Assembly: GCA_963729045.1 (NCBI GenBank)
Contig: CAVSMN010000012.1
Location: 128,001-192,000 of the forward strand
Reading direction: 5' to 3'
Length of the DNA: 64,000 nt
From: an uncultured Nitrososphaeraceae archaeon
GTDB taxonomy: Archaea > Thermoproteota > Nitrososphaeria > Nitrososphaerales > Nitrososphaeraceae
Numbering within the stretch: position 1 is the first letter of the stretch; every line of letters starts with the position of its first letter. This document shows positions 43,394-53,739 of the stretch, piece by piece. The notes beneath the pieces are model-generated. The model did not search any database and had not been told where the DNA came from. It saw only the letters and a program-made list of their open reading frames with translations. The position numbers were made by a program, and so were the translations under genes.

Positions 43394-44329
43394 ATGGAAG
43401 ATATATTATCAGTTTTTGATTTAACACTTGAGGAGAGTAGGAAGTTATTTGAAAAGATAACATCGATTCACAATGATCAGAATCTTCAAGGATTCATTTC
43501 GGATATTGGTATGAGTTCAGGTGACTATCTTAATTTTCAAATACCAGATAATCTAGTTGTGGTGGGAGACCTCCATGGTGATTTTACTTCGTTAAAAAAA
43601 ATAATGAATGAGATCAACTATAAAGAGTATTTAAGGGCCGAGTCAAACATACTAATTTTCTTGGGTGATTATGTTGATAGAGGTAAGTATTCTCTGGAGG
43701 TTTTGCTATTCCTGTGTGGTATTAAATCTTTATTCCCTAATAACATGTTCATGTTAAGAGGAAATCATGAAGCGTATCATAGATTTCCATTTTCAGCGTT
43801 TGATTTTCCCAGGGATCTCCAAAACAAATTTGGTGGTTCTGGCCAAACTCTCTATACAAATACAATAGTGCCATTTTTCGATTCTCTTTCTAGTATTTGC
43901 GAAATAAATGGCTTTGGCCTTTTAGTGCATGGTGGTTTGCCTGTCATTGAAGATATGGAGTTTTTTAGAAATTATAAATTTAGATTATCTGAGATGAAAT
44001 CAGACGGAGAATTATTAGAAGAGATTCTTTGGAATGATCCTAGGGAATTTACCGATAGAAATTGGCAGTCCTCAAATAGGGGTCTAGGTAAATACTTTGG
44101 AATCAATATTACAAAGAATTGGCTCAGTCATACTAATACTAAGTTAATAATAAGAGGACATGAACCGTGTATGGGTTATAAATTCAATCACAATAATACA
44201 GTGATGACACTTTTCTCATCTAAAGATCCATACCCAAAATTTGAATCTGCGTATTTGGAAATTTCAAAAAAACAAATGGAATCCCTGAACCTAACTCTTG
44301 ATATTAAGGATTTTGTTCACGGCATTTAG
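43394..44329 (+). CDS. PPP-family Ser/Thr protein phosphatase
   Basis: GDLHG, GDYVDRG, RGNHE, VHGG, LWNDP, IRGHE. Confidence 0.92.
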   Translation: MEDILSVFDLTLEESRKLFEKITSIHNDQNLQGFISDIGMSSGDYLNFQIPDNLVVVGDLHGDFTSLKKIMNEINYKEYLRAESNILIFLGDYVDRGKYSLEVLLFLCGIKSLFPNNMFMLRGNHEAYHRFPFSAFDFPRDLQNKFGGSGQTLYTNTIVPFFDSLSSICEINGFGLLVHGGLPVIEDMEFFRNYKFRLSEMKSDGELLEEILWNDPREFTDRNWQSSNRGLGKYFGINITKNWLSHTNTKLIIRGHEPCMGYKFNHNNTVMTLFSSKDPYPKFESAYLEISKKQMESLNLTLDIKDFVHGI

Positions 44330-44353
44330 GAATTTTATGATTCATATAGCAAT

Positions 44354-45274
44354 TTAAAGCTCTGTCTTGGACTTTATTTCTTTACATCGTTTTCTTAATG
44401 AAACAGTTGAAATTTCTGCAACTTGGCATATTTCCACTTGCCTTAAAAATTCATTGCAATTCTGGGAAGCGAGATAAATTATAGATCCTGCCAAGGCTCT
44501 TGGATTTTTGCCTATTGAAATTCTATTCTGCTGTACTAGTGAAAATATTCGCAGAGCTTCTCTTTTGGTCTTTTCGCTAAGTTGTAAGCGGTTACATATT
44601 AGAGTAACATAATCTGGCCCATGCAAAACTGGCATCTGTAGGGAGAGTTCCTTTAATATTAATTTATAGTGAGACATGATATCTTTTGTGGTTATATTAC
44701 AAGCTGTTGCGATATCTGTAATCGTTTTAGGAGTGGCAGTTTCTCTGCAAGCTGCATATAAGGCTGCCCCTACTAACCCTAGTGTTGATCGTCCCTTGGC
44801 TAATTTCTTAATTGCTGCCTTTCTATAGATATAAGCAGCTCCTTCTATCACTGCCTGACTGAGATATAATTTATCTCCAAAGTTATTCAACAGTTTTAAG
44901 GCTTTTTCTAAATTCCTAGAAACAGAATCATTAAGTTGAGCTCTGTTATTCCAAGTCCTTAATCTTTGGATATTATTTTTTTGAGACGAATCCAAGGCTT
45001 TCCCTCTTGCATCAGTGTCCCCAATTCCAATTAATGTAGAAAGCCCTTTGTTATGGATTGCAAGTGATTCAGGCATACCCGTTCTGGTCCTGTCGTTATA
45101 CCCCGAATTATTTCTAAAGCTTGCCATAGAGTCAGAATTTGGATCCTGGCTCGATACACAACCGCAAGAGGAGCATACGTATTCGAAAGATACATTATCA
45201 AAAATAACAGAATCACTTTTACAAAATTCACATACTAGTGGCTTTGAATTCTCTACCTTGCCTTCTGGATGCAT
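44354..45274 (-). CDS. tfb: transcription initiation factor IIB paralogue (divergent)
   Basis: CEFC/CSSC Zn ribbon, HNKGLST, two cyclin repeats (YAACR, GKNPRALA). Confidence 0.93.
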   Translation of the reverse strand: MHPEGKVENSKPLVCEFCKSDSVIFDNVSFEYVCSSCGCVSSQDPNSDSMASFRNNSGYNDRTRTGMPESLAIHNKGLSTLIGIGDTDARGKALDSSQKNNIQRLRTWNNRAQLNDSVSRNLEKALKLLNNFGDKLYLSQAVIEGAAYIYRKAAIKKLAKGRSTLGLVGAALYAACRETATPKTITDIATACNITTKDIMSHYKLILKELSLQMPVLHGPDYVTLICNRLQLSEKTKREALRIFSLVQQNRISIGKNPRALAGSIIYLASQNCNEFLRQVEICQVAEISTVSLRKRCKEIKSKTEL

Positions 45275-45445
45275 AAAACTATATTCAATCCTTTATCACT
45301 TATAACAGTTATTATTTATCTTTTTTCAAATAATTAAGTATATCTATGTTAGCGATAATTCGTACTATGACTTTGAGTCTTCATGACGAAATAATGATTA
45401 AATAAACGATTAAATTATTAAATAATAATAATACTAGTTATTTAA

Positions 45446-46834
45446 TTGATTGACAATCCTGCTTTAATGATAGCTATGATTCTTTGGATATTCTTTATAC
45501 CTAACGCTGTTAAATTATTCTATAGGTTTGTCAGAAATAATAAACAATTTATAGAGAAGGATCTAAGGAGAATTCCCAATGATCCAAAGATTATTTTCCA
45601 AATTACTACTAAATCCGCTACCAAAACCAGTGTTGTAAAACGAGGAATTCAATCGATTATTGACTCATGCAAATCTACAAAATACTGGAAATTCGAGATT
45701 TTGGTTGTAACTGAGGATCCTAAAGATACTAAGACATTGGAATCCATGCCTTGTAAAGTACTTTGCGTGGAAAAGAGCTTTTCACCTAACGCCATAAAGA
45801 AAGCCAGAGCACTGCAATTCGCGATAGAGTCAAGGAGAAAACAAAAAAAGCAGAATTCTGACCATTGGATTTTTCATATGGATGATGAGAGTTATGTGGT
45901 GCCGCAAACCATTCTCTCTATTTTAAAATTTATACGGGAAAAGAAGGGAATAGCAAGTGAGGGTCCAATATTTTATCCTCTTAAATTTGAAAAAGCTAAT
46001 AGGATTACTGCTTTGGCAGAATCTATGAGAGCTTTTGGTTGTTTTGAATGTGTTACACATATGCACAATCCTCCTCCAATACATATGCACGGGAGTAATC
46101 TTCTCGTTCGATCAGACGTGGAGGACAAGATTGGTTGGGAATTTGGACCTATCTTGGCTGAGGATCAAAGATTTGGATATGAATTGTATAAGAAATATGG
46201 AAGGAATTCGATGGGATGGCATGGAGGAATTCTCTTGGAACAACCTCCACTTGACATCAAAGATCATTTTATGCAGAGGAGACGTTGGGTGATAGGCAAC
46301 TTACAAAATATAGAGAATTTTTCAAGGCTTTTCAAGGCTCGATTAATATATAAATGCACATCATTTTTTCTTGGGTTTGTATCTGGAGTAATCTCTTTAG
46401 CCTTGGCCTTTTACATCAATATCCCTAAACTAATGAGTGTATTTTCATATGCAAGTTTTGATTGGAACAATAACATTAATTTTGATTTGTTTCTTTGGTT
46501 TGATCGAATAATACATATCAACAGCTCATATAACGAGATATTTAGACCACTTTTTGATATTCAAGTTTTTGATAGTACACTTGCTTTGATCTTGCTCTTT
46601 TCAGGTACAGTTTGGATATTGGGTTATCAAGTAGGACTCTTTCTTAATCTCAAGTATACCAGAATTGGACGATCGAAGCGAATATCTTTACATATGCAGA
46701 CTTTTTTACTAGCTCCACTTTTGGGATTGTTGGAATCGTTTCCTGCGTTTTATTCAATCATCGAATTTTATTTCTATAAGTTAATAAGGCAAAATAAGTT
46801 GAAATCATATGATTTTTACGTTGTAAAAAAATAG
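45446..46834 (+). CDS. membrane GT2 glycosyltransferase (egghead/cellulose-synthase-like)
   Basis: KARAL, HMDDES, HGSNL, LAED, QRRRW; C-terminal TM helices. Confidence 0.88.
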   Translation: MIDNPALMIAMILWIFFIPNAVKLFYRFVRNNKQFIEKDLRRIPNDPKIIFQITTKSATKTSVVKRGIQSIIDSCKSTKYWKFEILVVTEDPKDTKTLESMPCKVLCVEKSFSPNAIKKARALQFAIESRRKQKKQNSDHWIFHMDDESYVVPQTILSILKFIREKKGIASEGPIFYPLKFEKANRITALAESMRAFGCFECVTHMHNPPPIHMHGSNLLVRSDVEDKIGWEFGPILAEDQRFGYELYKKYGRNSMGWHGGILLEQPPLDIKDHFMQRRRWVIGNLQNIENFSRLFKARLIYKCTSFFLGFVSGVISLALAFYINIPKLMSVFSYASFDWNNNINFDLFLWFDRIIHINSSYNEIFRPLFDIQVFDSTLALILLFSGTVWILGYQVGLFLNLKYTRIGRSKRISLHMQTFLLAPLLGLLESFPAFYSIIEFYFYKLIRQNKLKSYDFYVVKK

Positions 46835-46932
46835 ATTGTAGATATTGAGTGCTGAAAGCCTCTCAGAATTGCAATGCTTGAAGATACGTATTCGTGTGGA
46901 TATTTCTACAAGGAACAAGTCTAAAAATGCGA

Positions 46933-47030
46933 TGGAGGAGGTGGGATTCGAACCCACGAACCCCTAAAGGACGGGATTTCTTAATTTAATCTTGAGTCCT
47001 GCGCGTTTGACCAGGCTACGCGACTCCTCC
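46933..47030 (-). tRNA. tRNA-Leu(CAA) with a 13-nt intron at 37/38 (46978-46990)
   Basis: reverse complement GGAGGAGTCGCGTAGCCTGGTCAAACGCGCAGGACTCAAG[ATTAAATTAAGAA]ATCCCG...GGTTCGAATCCCACCTCCTCCA with a long variable arm. Confidence 0.92.
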
Positions 47031-47167
47031 TTTGTTAAACTAATGAATAAAACTCTGTATATAATCTTTTGATCTTTGAAGAGTACCAAATTCCCAAATG
47101 CAGATAAGATAGTTGAAAATTAGAATGATAAAATTTTATATTAATTAGAACTAAACATAATGAAAAG

Positions 47168-47467
47168 ATGACAATGAAGATAAATGAACTAACGAATGAT
47201 ATGAGACATGTTACGATTGAAGGTAAGATCGAAAAAATAAGTGAACCTAGGACAGTAAATTTACGTGCAGGAGGCTCGGCGCTTGTAGCTGATGCCATGA
47301 TATCCGATGATACCGGCAGCATTAAGCTATCGTTATGGGATGATCAAATAAAGATGGTTAAAGAAGGTGACAAAATATCAATAGAGAATGGGTATACTCA
47401 AGCTTTTAGAGGGGAGAATAGTCTAAACATTGGACGATACGGAAAAATTGCAGTTATGGATGAATAA
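47168..47467 (+). CDS. ssb: single OB-fold ssDNA-binding protein
   Basis: ISDDTGSIKLSLW, NGYTQAFRG, LNIGRYG. Confidence 0.88.
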   Translation: MTMKINELTNDMRHVTIEGKIEKISEPRTVNLRAGGSALVADAMISDDTGSIKLSLWDDQIKMVKEGDKISIENGYTQAFRGENSLNIGRYGKIAVMDE

Positions 47468-48237
47468 AAACCTTTTTGTAACCTATCATTTTATATTTTT
47501 ATTGGGCAAAACTATGGAAGCCTTTTTGTAAAGTTTTACGTACGATCCTTTCAATCTTGATAAATTACTATATTTCATCCGACCATTTGTATCCAATAGG
47601 GTGTTAGATAACATATTAACAGAAAATGCCGGAGTGCCTGCAAAGATGCAATTTTATCCAAATCCCCTTCAAAAATTTAATGCGCTAGAAAAAATGGTTT
47701 AATCTCAAAATTCAACTCATAGAACCCATGCCACCAATCAGCAATTAATCATGAGAAGAAATTCTACTACTAATATGAAATGTTATCATTTTTCTCTGTA
47801 ATAATCTAGTCGCTAAATTTCTGCTTGAATTCGTTAGCAAAGATTATCACTTCCAATTGGAAATATGAGGAATATAATAGGATAGGTTGCGATTACCATT
47901 GTTCCTTAAACTAAAGCAAACCGTAAACCAACCGTAAATTCCAGGGTAATTTATATGAACATTGTCTGGATCTTGGATTATTAATCCTGGGCTTATATTT
48001 AGTGGCTTTGGTATAAAAATATTATCGTTTCTACATTCTAATCCTACTAGTATATTTCGTTTGGATGCTTTTGAATGTAAATTTGTTTATTCTTTATGTC
48101 ATCTCAATCCGATTTGCGATTTGGTATTACTGTTATTGTTTTTCTTTTACTGTTACAAGATCACACTATAATTTTATTTTATATCATAACGAAATCATTT
48201 TGTTATGCAATTATTATAAACTCCTATATTTTATAAA

Positions 48238-49381
48238 TTGTTTTTCATAATGATGCATTATCTTAAATGTTATACTTTTCTATTTCTAATGATTCCAACT
48301 CTTTTCTTGGCTGGCTTATCTAGTTCAGTGTCTTTTGGGGCAACTGACAAACCCCAGATTATCACTCCCTCAAAAATCATTTGTTGCAAGGATGATACTA
48401 GTACCAGTTCAGATTCTGCTTCAACTTCTCTTGCAAGCCCATTAAAGAAAATAAGTACGAAACCGACCCAACACGATGAAGCAGTTGAAACAGAGAAAAC
48501 CGATTCTACTTCCACTTCTCTTGCAAGCCCATTAAAGAAAATAAACACTGATGAGAAAAAAATTATCACTCCCTCAAAAATCATTTGTTGCAAGGATGAT
48601 ACTAGTACCAGTTCAGATTCTGCTTCAACTTCTCTTGCAAGCCCATTAAAGAAAATAAGTACTAAACCGACCCAACACGATGAAGCAGTTGAAACAGAGA
48701 AAACCGATTCTGCTTCAACTTCTCTTGCAAGCCCATTAAAGAAAATAAGTACTAAACCGACCCAACACGATGAAGCAGTTGAAACAGAGAAAACCGATTC
48801 TGCTTCAACTTCTCTTGCAAGCCCATTAAAGAAAGTAAGTACTAAACCGACCCAACACGATGAAGCAGTTGAAACAGAGAAAACCGATTCTGCTTCCACT
48901 TCCCTTCTTGCAAGCCCATTAAAGAAAATAAACACAGATGAGAAAAAAATTATCACTCCCTCAAAAATCATTTGTTGCAAGGATGATACTAGTGACCAGT
49001 TCAGATTCCACATTCTACTTCCACTTCTCTTGCAAGCCCATTAAAGAAAATAAGTACTAAACCGACCCAACACGATGAAGCAGTTGAAACAGAAAAGTCG
49101 AGTCATGAAACTTCCGAAGAAGCAGTGATGATCGAAACCTTTCTGACTTAATTCAAACTAACCTAGGTAAACTGCTTAACGTAAATTCAGATGAGATTGA
49201 GGATAACAACAAAGATGCAAAAGACATCAATGATAACAACAATGATAACAACAATGATAACAACAATGATAACAACAATGATAACAACAATGATAACAAC
49301 AAAGATGCAAAAGACATCAATGATAACAACAATGATAGGTTAGATGAATTAAGGACGATTGTAAGCGCAGTTTTATCTTAA
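48238..49381 (+). CDS. secreted Ser/Thr/Lys-rich repeat protein with an Asn/Asp tail; frameshifts at about 48995-49120
   Basis: hydrophobic signal-like N-terminus, modular repeats; a downstream open frame SSDDRNLSDLIQ...(NNND)n...RTIVSAVLS* ends at 49381. Confidence 0.65.
48358..49093 (+). repeat. near-identical coding repeats of 90 bp and 114 bp
   Basis: STSLASPLKKISTKPTQHDEAVETEK units 90 bp apart (48621, 48711, 48801); IITPSKIICCKDDT modules at 48358, 48562, 48949. Confidence 0.95.
49202..49336 (+). repeat. 12-bp tandem repeat AATGATAACAAC x6 (49229-49300) between duplicated AAAGATGCAAAAGACATC blocks
   Basis: read directly from the sequence. Confidence 0.95.
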
Positions 49382-49396
49382 TTCATCTTGAATTTG

Positions 49397-49723
49397 TTAT
49401 TTTGAATTAATCAGACATTCAAGAATCTTAAACATGTTTTTTACTTCTTTTGAAGGCCCTTTGATGTCTAGCTTAATTCCACCATTAATGGATATCTTTG
49501 CCAGATTTAATAATCCGCCTTTTTCTTTGTATTCTAATCCTTGCAATCTCTCAATTTTTTCGCAAATAACATCCTCTGATTTGTTTATGAATCCGCTTTC
49601 CCTGTATAATAAAATCCTCTTATTTGTGATGAACAAGTCATACTTCTTGTTGGCATATTCAATGTCCCTTCGACAAACAAATTTCACTTTTTCTTCAGGT
49701 ACTAAGAAATCTTTAAGAGGCAT
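49397..49723 (-). CDS. bacterial-type PH domain protein
   Basis: L.PEEKV, LFITNKRILLY, G.I pattern. Confidence 0.7.
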   Translation of the reverse strand: MPLKDFLVPEEKVKFVCRRDIEYANKKYDLFITNKRILLYRESGFINKSEDVICEKIERLQGLEYKEKGGLLNLAKISINGGIKLDIKGPSKEVKNMFKILECLINSK

Positions 49724-49793
49724 TTTAGAATAATTTCCAATTAGCTATATATTGAATGTAGTCTATGGATTTAATCTGTTTAGTAATTATATT

Positions 49794-50439
49794 TTAGCTT
49801 CTTTTAGACAAGAACTTGCTCGGTTGATATTGCAAACTATGACGATCTTGCCTTAGCATAATGAATCTCCATTTTTTTTCAATTCCAGTTGAGATGCCAA
49901 TTCTGATAGTTTGAGCGACCTTGAATTTGTGAAATCGAGAAATACTCTCATTTTCCTCGAAATAAAAGTAATTATTTATTGCATGATTGGTTGCATCAAG
50001 ATTGTTATGTTTAATGGTAATCTTAAATGCCTGTGTTAATCTTCCTGGTCCTGTGGTCAAATTGTATATATTTTCTGTTTTCCTGAACAACTTCATTAGA
50101 CTAATTCCTTCAATAGGCTCTATTGACCGAATTAGGACTGCTCCTGCCAATTTGATCGTGATTCCTTGCTACAATATTGAGACAATGATGATTCCCATAA
50201 ATAAAGTAAATATAGAGTCGTCCTACTTCTCCAAACATTGAGGCATTTCTAAGAGTCAATCTTTTATATGCATGGCTCGCGGGGTCATCCGTATATCCAT
50301 ATGCCTCCGTTTCTGTAATTATTCCACTGGTCTTAAAGTAATTGCCCATAAAATTTGTGTACTTGACTAACACCTTTCCAATCAAGGAACTAGCTACCTT
50401 GGGCGTTTCATTCTCAAAAAATGATTTTTTGAGCCTCAA
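49794..50439 (-). CDS. mpg: DNA-3-methyladenine glycosylase, frameshift near 50152
   Basis: ITETEAY, DPASH, YGNHHCLN, GAVLIR, GPGRLTQA, RIGIS. Confidence 0.92.
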
Positions 50440-50482
50440 CTATTGTGTTAAAGTAATATAAGGTTTCTATATTTTTTTACCT

Positions 50483-51739
50483 ATGGAATATAGAATTAAG
50501 GATATTTCCTTGGCAGATAAAGGTAAAAAAAAAATTGAGTGGGCTGAAGCAAATATGCCCGTATTACTATCTTTAAAGAATAAATTCAAAGAATCAAAAC
50601 CGCTAAAGGATCTTGTGGTTGGGGGTTGTTTGCACGTAACTAAGGAAACAGCAGTTTTAACCAAAACACTTGCTGCAGCAGGAGCCAAAATAGCATGGTC
50701 AGGTTGTAATCCATTAAGCACTAATGATGATATTGCTGCCTCACTAGTAAAAGACGAAGAATTGTCAGTTTTCGCTAGCAGGGGAGTATCAACTAGCGAA
50801 TATTATGAAGATATATACTCAGTCCTGAAGTTCAATCCTGATATTACGATTGATGACGGAGCAGACCTTACAATTGAATTTCATAAAGCATTTGAAAAAT
50901 ACGGAAAGAATATCATTGGTGGGACGGAGGAAACTACCACCGGAGTATTAAGATTGAAAGCTCTTGAAAAAACATCAAAACTTAGTTATCCTATAGTGGC
51001 TGTTAATGATGCTGAAACTAAGCATGACTTTGATAATGTTTATGGTACTGGCCAATCTGCTTTAGATGGTATTATTCGGGCAACTAATGTATTGATTGCT
51101 GGTAAATCCATAGTCGTTGCTGGATACGGACATGTTGGAAAGGGAATAGCAAGTAGGGCTAGGGGATTCGGAGCATCGGTAATTGTAACTGAAATTGATC
51201 CCATAAATGCCTTAAAAGCAAAGATGGATGGATTCATAGTTGCTCCAATGGAGGAAGCATCGTCGATTGGCGATTTATTTATTACCTCTACAGGTTGCAA
51301 GGATGTTATCGTTGGTTCTCATATAGAAAGAATGAAGAATGGCGTGATCCTTGCTAACGCAGGACACTTTAATGTAGAGATATCTATTGAAGAAATCAAA
51401 GGTCTGGCTAAAAGTTCAAAGCATGTAAATGAAAATGTAGAACAATTTATTTTGAAAAATGAAGCAAAAATAAATGTAATTGGGGAGGGAAGATTGGTAA
51501 ACCTAGTAGCTGCAGAGGGTCACCCATCCGAAGTTATGGATATGAGTTTTGCTAACCAGTTCTTATCCGTACTTAACCTTGTTAATAATAAGGGTAAATT
51601 TGAAAATAAAATTTACGAGATTGATAGGGACCAAGATCTGCTCATTGCTGGCCTAAAGTTAGAAGCAATGGGGATTAACATTGATAAATTATCTGAGACA
51701 CAAAATAAATATCTCAGTGAATATGGTGAGGGGACTTGA
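50483..51739 (+). CDS. ahcY: adenosylhomocysteinase
   Basis: CNPLST, EETTTG, KHDFDN, GYGHVG, GHPSEVMD. Confidence 0.97.
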   Translation: MEYRIKDISLADKGKKKIEWAEANMPVLLSLKNKFKESKPLKDLVVGGCLHVTKETAVLTKTLAAAGAKIAWSGCNPLSTNDDIAASLVKDEELSVFASRGVSTSEYYEDIYSVLKFNPDITIDDGADLTIEFHKAFEKYGKNIIGGTEETTTGVLRLKALEKTSKLSYPIVAVNDAETKHDFDNVYGTGQSALDGIIRATNVLIAGKSIVVAGYGHVGKGIASRARGFGASVIVTEIDPINALKAKMDGFIVAPMEEASSIGDLFITSTGCKDVIVGSHIERMKNGVILANAGHFNVEISIEEIKGLAKSSKHVNENVEQFILKNEAKINVIGEGRLVNLVAAEGHPSEVMDMSFANQFLSVLNLVNNKGKFENKIYEIDRDQDLLIAGLKLEAMGINIDKLSETQNKYLSEYGEGT

Positions 51740-51841
51740 TCATTCAAGCACAACCATTTACCATCCTGTAATTGTAGCGAAGACTAGGAGCCAAAAGTTA
51801 ATTAATCTTCATATTTTATCTCTAGAAGAGCATTCATTGCT

Positions 51842-51916
51842 GGATGGGTGGTCTAGTCTGGTTAGGATACCTGTCTCACACACAGGTGGTCGAGAGTTCA
51901 AATCTCTCCTCATCCA
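51842..51916 (+). tRNA. tRNA-Val(CAC), no intron
   Basis: GGATGGG/CTCATCC-A acceptor, CCTGT-CTCACAC-ACAGG anticodon arm, GAGAG-TTCAAAT-CTCTC T arm. Confidence 0.95.
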
Positions 51917-51941
51917 TCGCGCTTTAAACACTAATTCAAAA

Positions 51942-53723
51942 TCAGGTAAAGAGTAACATTAAAATATATACAACAAAAGTAATCGCCAGAAAAATCTTAG
52001 TTACTAGAAATGATTTCTCTAGGGCGTTTGAATAATCATCAAATTGGTCGTTTCCCATGACCATTACTTGACTTTCTATCTTAAAAACATCAAATGTCGA
52101 TTTGTCAAGAGAACTTTTTGCTCTTGTAGCCAAAGATTTGAATACATCCAATATTTTGGACTCTGGAGTTACATCGCCTAATGTGTAATAACCTTTGATA
52201 TTTCTCTTTCCTGATGTAGAATGAGTATCAGAAGTACATACTTCAATAATCTTTAAATTTTCTGCTTCAAGAGAGTCTACAATTTTTTCCCTAAATCCAT
52301 TTTTCATGTTATTAGAATCGATCCAACAGAGTGAATAATCTATTTTGTTGATTGAGATGATCAATAATCCAAATTGGCCGTGTCCTAGGTCGGGTTGTTT
52401 CAATAAATCCTTATTGGTCTGTTCTTCTATTTGATAACTATTCGCATATCCTACCTTGAAGGGAAATTGTTCTGATTCTCTTAGCTTAATCAAGCATTCC
52501 TTACCTATTTTTATCAGTACTTCAATATTATCTTGTTCGATTTTCTCCCCAAGTGAATTATGAGCATCGATAATCAATATTTGTTCAAAACCAATCTGTT
52601 TCGCATATATTTCAAGTTCTGTTTTGACATCAGGAGGTATGTCCTCCATCCCAGAGGGAGATTTTGAAAACAAGATTATTACGTTTTTCCCCAGAGCAAA
52701 TCCGCTGCAATTACAATCCTCCCTGCGAATTGTCAGCGGAATTGAGCATTTGTCACCTGCCTCTAGATGGTTATGCTGATCTAATGACGTTAAATATTTT
52801 TCAACCTCTTTTTTAGAAGGTATGTTCAGAGAATGATCAGAGACGCTGTGCATGACCATCGCAGAATTTGAATAAAATTTAAAAATATCGTATGGCAAAT
52901 TGCTACCGCCTATTGGATTAAATGGGCCCGGATGGAGTTCTGGTAGTACAATAGAAATTTCCTTTTGATTCTTAGGCTTTAATTTTACGATTAGGGTATT
53001 AACCATCTTGGGGCTCGCTTTAGCTTCTGCAATCTTTTCCATTTCATCAGACTTATTCTCGGTCCACGCAATAAGAAATGCTTGCAATATCTTAAAAGCA
53101 CTAGTAAAATTGGGTCTACCAATCCTGTCTATTACTATCGTCCATAATACACCAATGAACAGGATCACCGACCCGAAGACGTATACTGTAAAGTTTGTGT
53201 AAAATATATGGTTAAAGTAAAAAAAAGAAAATAAAATGAAAATGATCAATGGTTGAATGAATGAAATCGGAATCGATCTCTTTAACGATGCACCAAATAC
53301 TGATACGAAAATACCTATTCTTAGACCTATGGCCATAAACATTCCTTGCAAAACGAAATTAATGTTCAATGTGTTGGTATTAATAATAAATTCTGAAATA
53401 TACCCACCAATTACGGTTAGAGTCCAAAGTAGATTTGCAAATGCAGCTACATGTAAGACTTTGGAGAATCTGTTTAAAGGTGTACCACGCAATGAAAGGT
53501 AGTCGAAAACAAGTGTCACTGAAAATACAGATGCAATAATTGGGAGGCTTATTAGAAAATCAGCAATGGAGTGCGGGGTAATTACGAAATTAATTAGTGC
53601 TACATTTGTAATTAAACTTAAGATTGCTATTAGAAAAGAAAATTTTTCTGAAGAGGGATTTATGTTTGTAAAAAGCCATCTTTTATGAAGGCTGGAAACA
53701 CTGTCAGACTCAAAATTACTCAT
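51942..53723 (-). CDS. DUF2070-family membrane protein
   Basis: N-terminal TM block, HPGPF..GGSNLP, DAHNS, DSNN, TSDTH. Confidence 0.85.
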   Translation of the reverse strand: MSNFESDSVSSLHKRWLFTNINPSSEKFSFLIAILSLITNVALINFVITPHSIADFLISLPIIASVFSVTLVFDYLSLRGTPLNRFSKVLHVAAFANLLWTLTVIGGYISEFIINTNTLNINFVLQGMFMAIGLRIGIFVSVFGASLKRSIPISFIQPLIIFILFSFFYFNHIFYTNFTVYVFGSVILFIGVLWTIVIDRIGRPNFTSAFKILQAFLIAWTENKSDEMEKIAEAKASPKMVNTLIVKLKPKNQKEISIVLPELHPGPFNPIGGSNLPYDIFKFYSNSAMVMHSVSDHSLNIPSKKEVEKYLTSLDQHNHLEAGDKCSIPLTIRREDCNCSGFALGKNVIILFSKSPSGMEDIPPDVKTELEIYAKQIGFEQILIIDAHNSLGEKIEQDNIEVLIKIGKECLIKLRESEQFPFKVGYANSYQIEEQTNKDLLKQPDLGHGQFGLLIISINKIDYSLCWIDSNNMKNGFREKIVDSLEAENLKIIEVCTSDTHSTSGKRNIKGYYTLGDVTPESKILDVFKSLATRAKSSLDKSTFDVFKIESQVMVMGNDQFDDYSNALEKSFLVTKIFLAITFVVYILMLLFT

Positions 53724-53739
53724 TAATAGTCAAAAAAAT

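Noticed and set aside
47520..48200. Protein-coding genes in the ssb to repeat-gene gap
   Set aside because: Only short low-complexity ORFs and stop-riddled fragments; possibly a decayed gene, but not identifiable
48270..49013. 247-aa hydrophobic antisense ORF
   Set aside because: It mirrors the plus-strand repeat gene; a stop-free repeat unit propagates an open antisense frame
48358..49093. CRISPR array
   Set aside because: The units are multiples of 3 within an ORF, the would-be spacers are identical to each other, and no cas genes are present
20290..51916. Integrated element at one of the three tRNA genes
   Set aside because: No integrase and no duplicated tRNA 3-prime end (att site) found in the window
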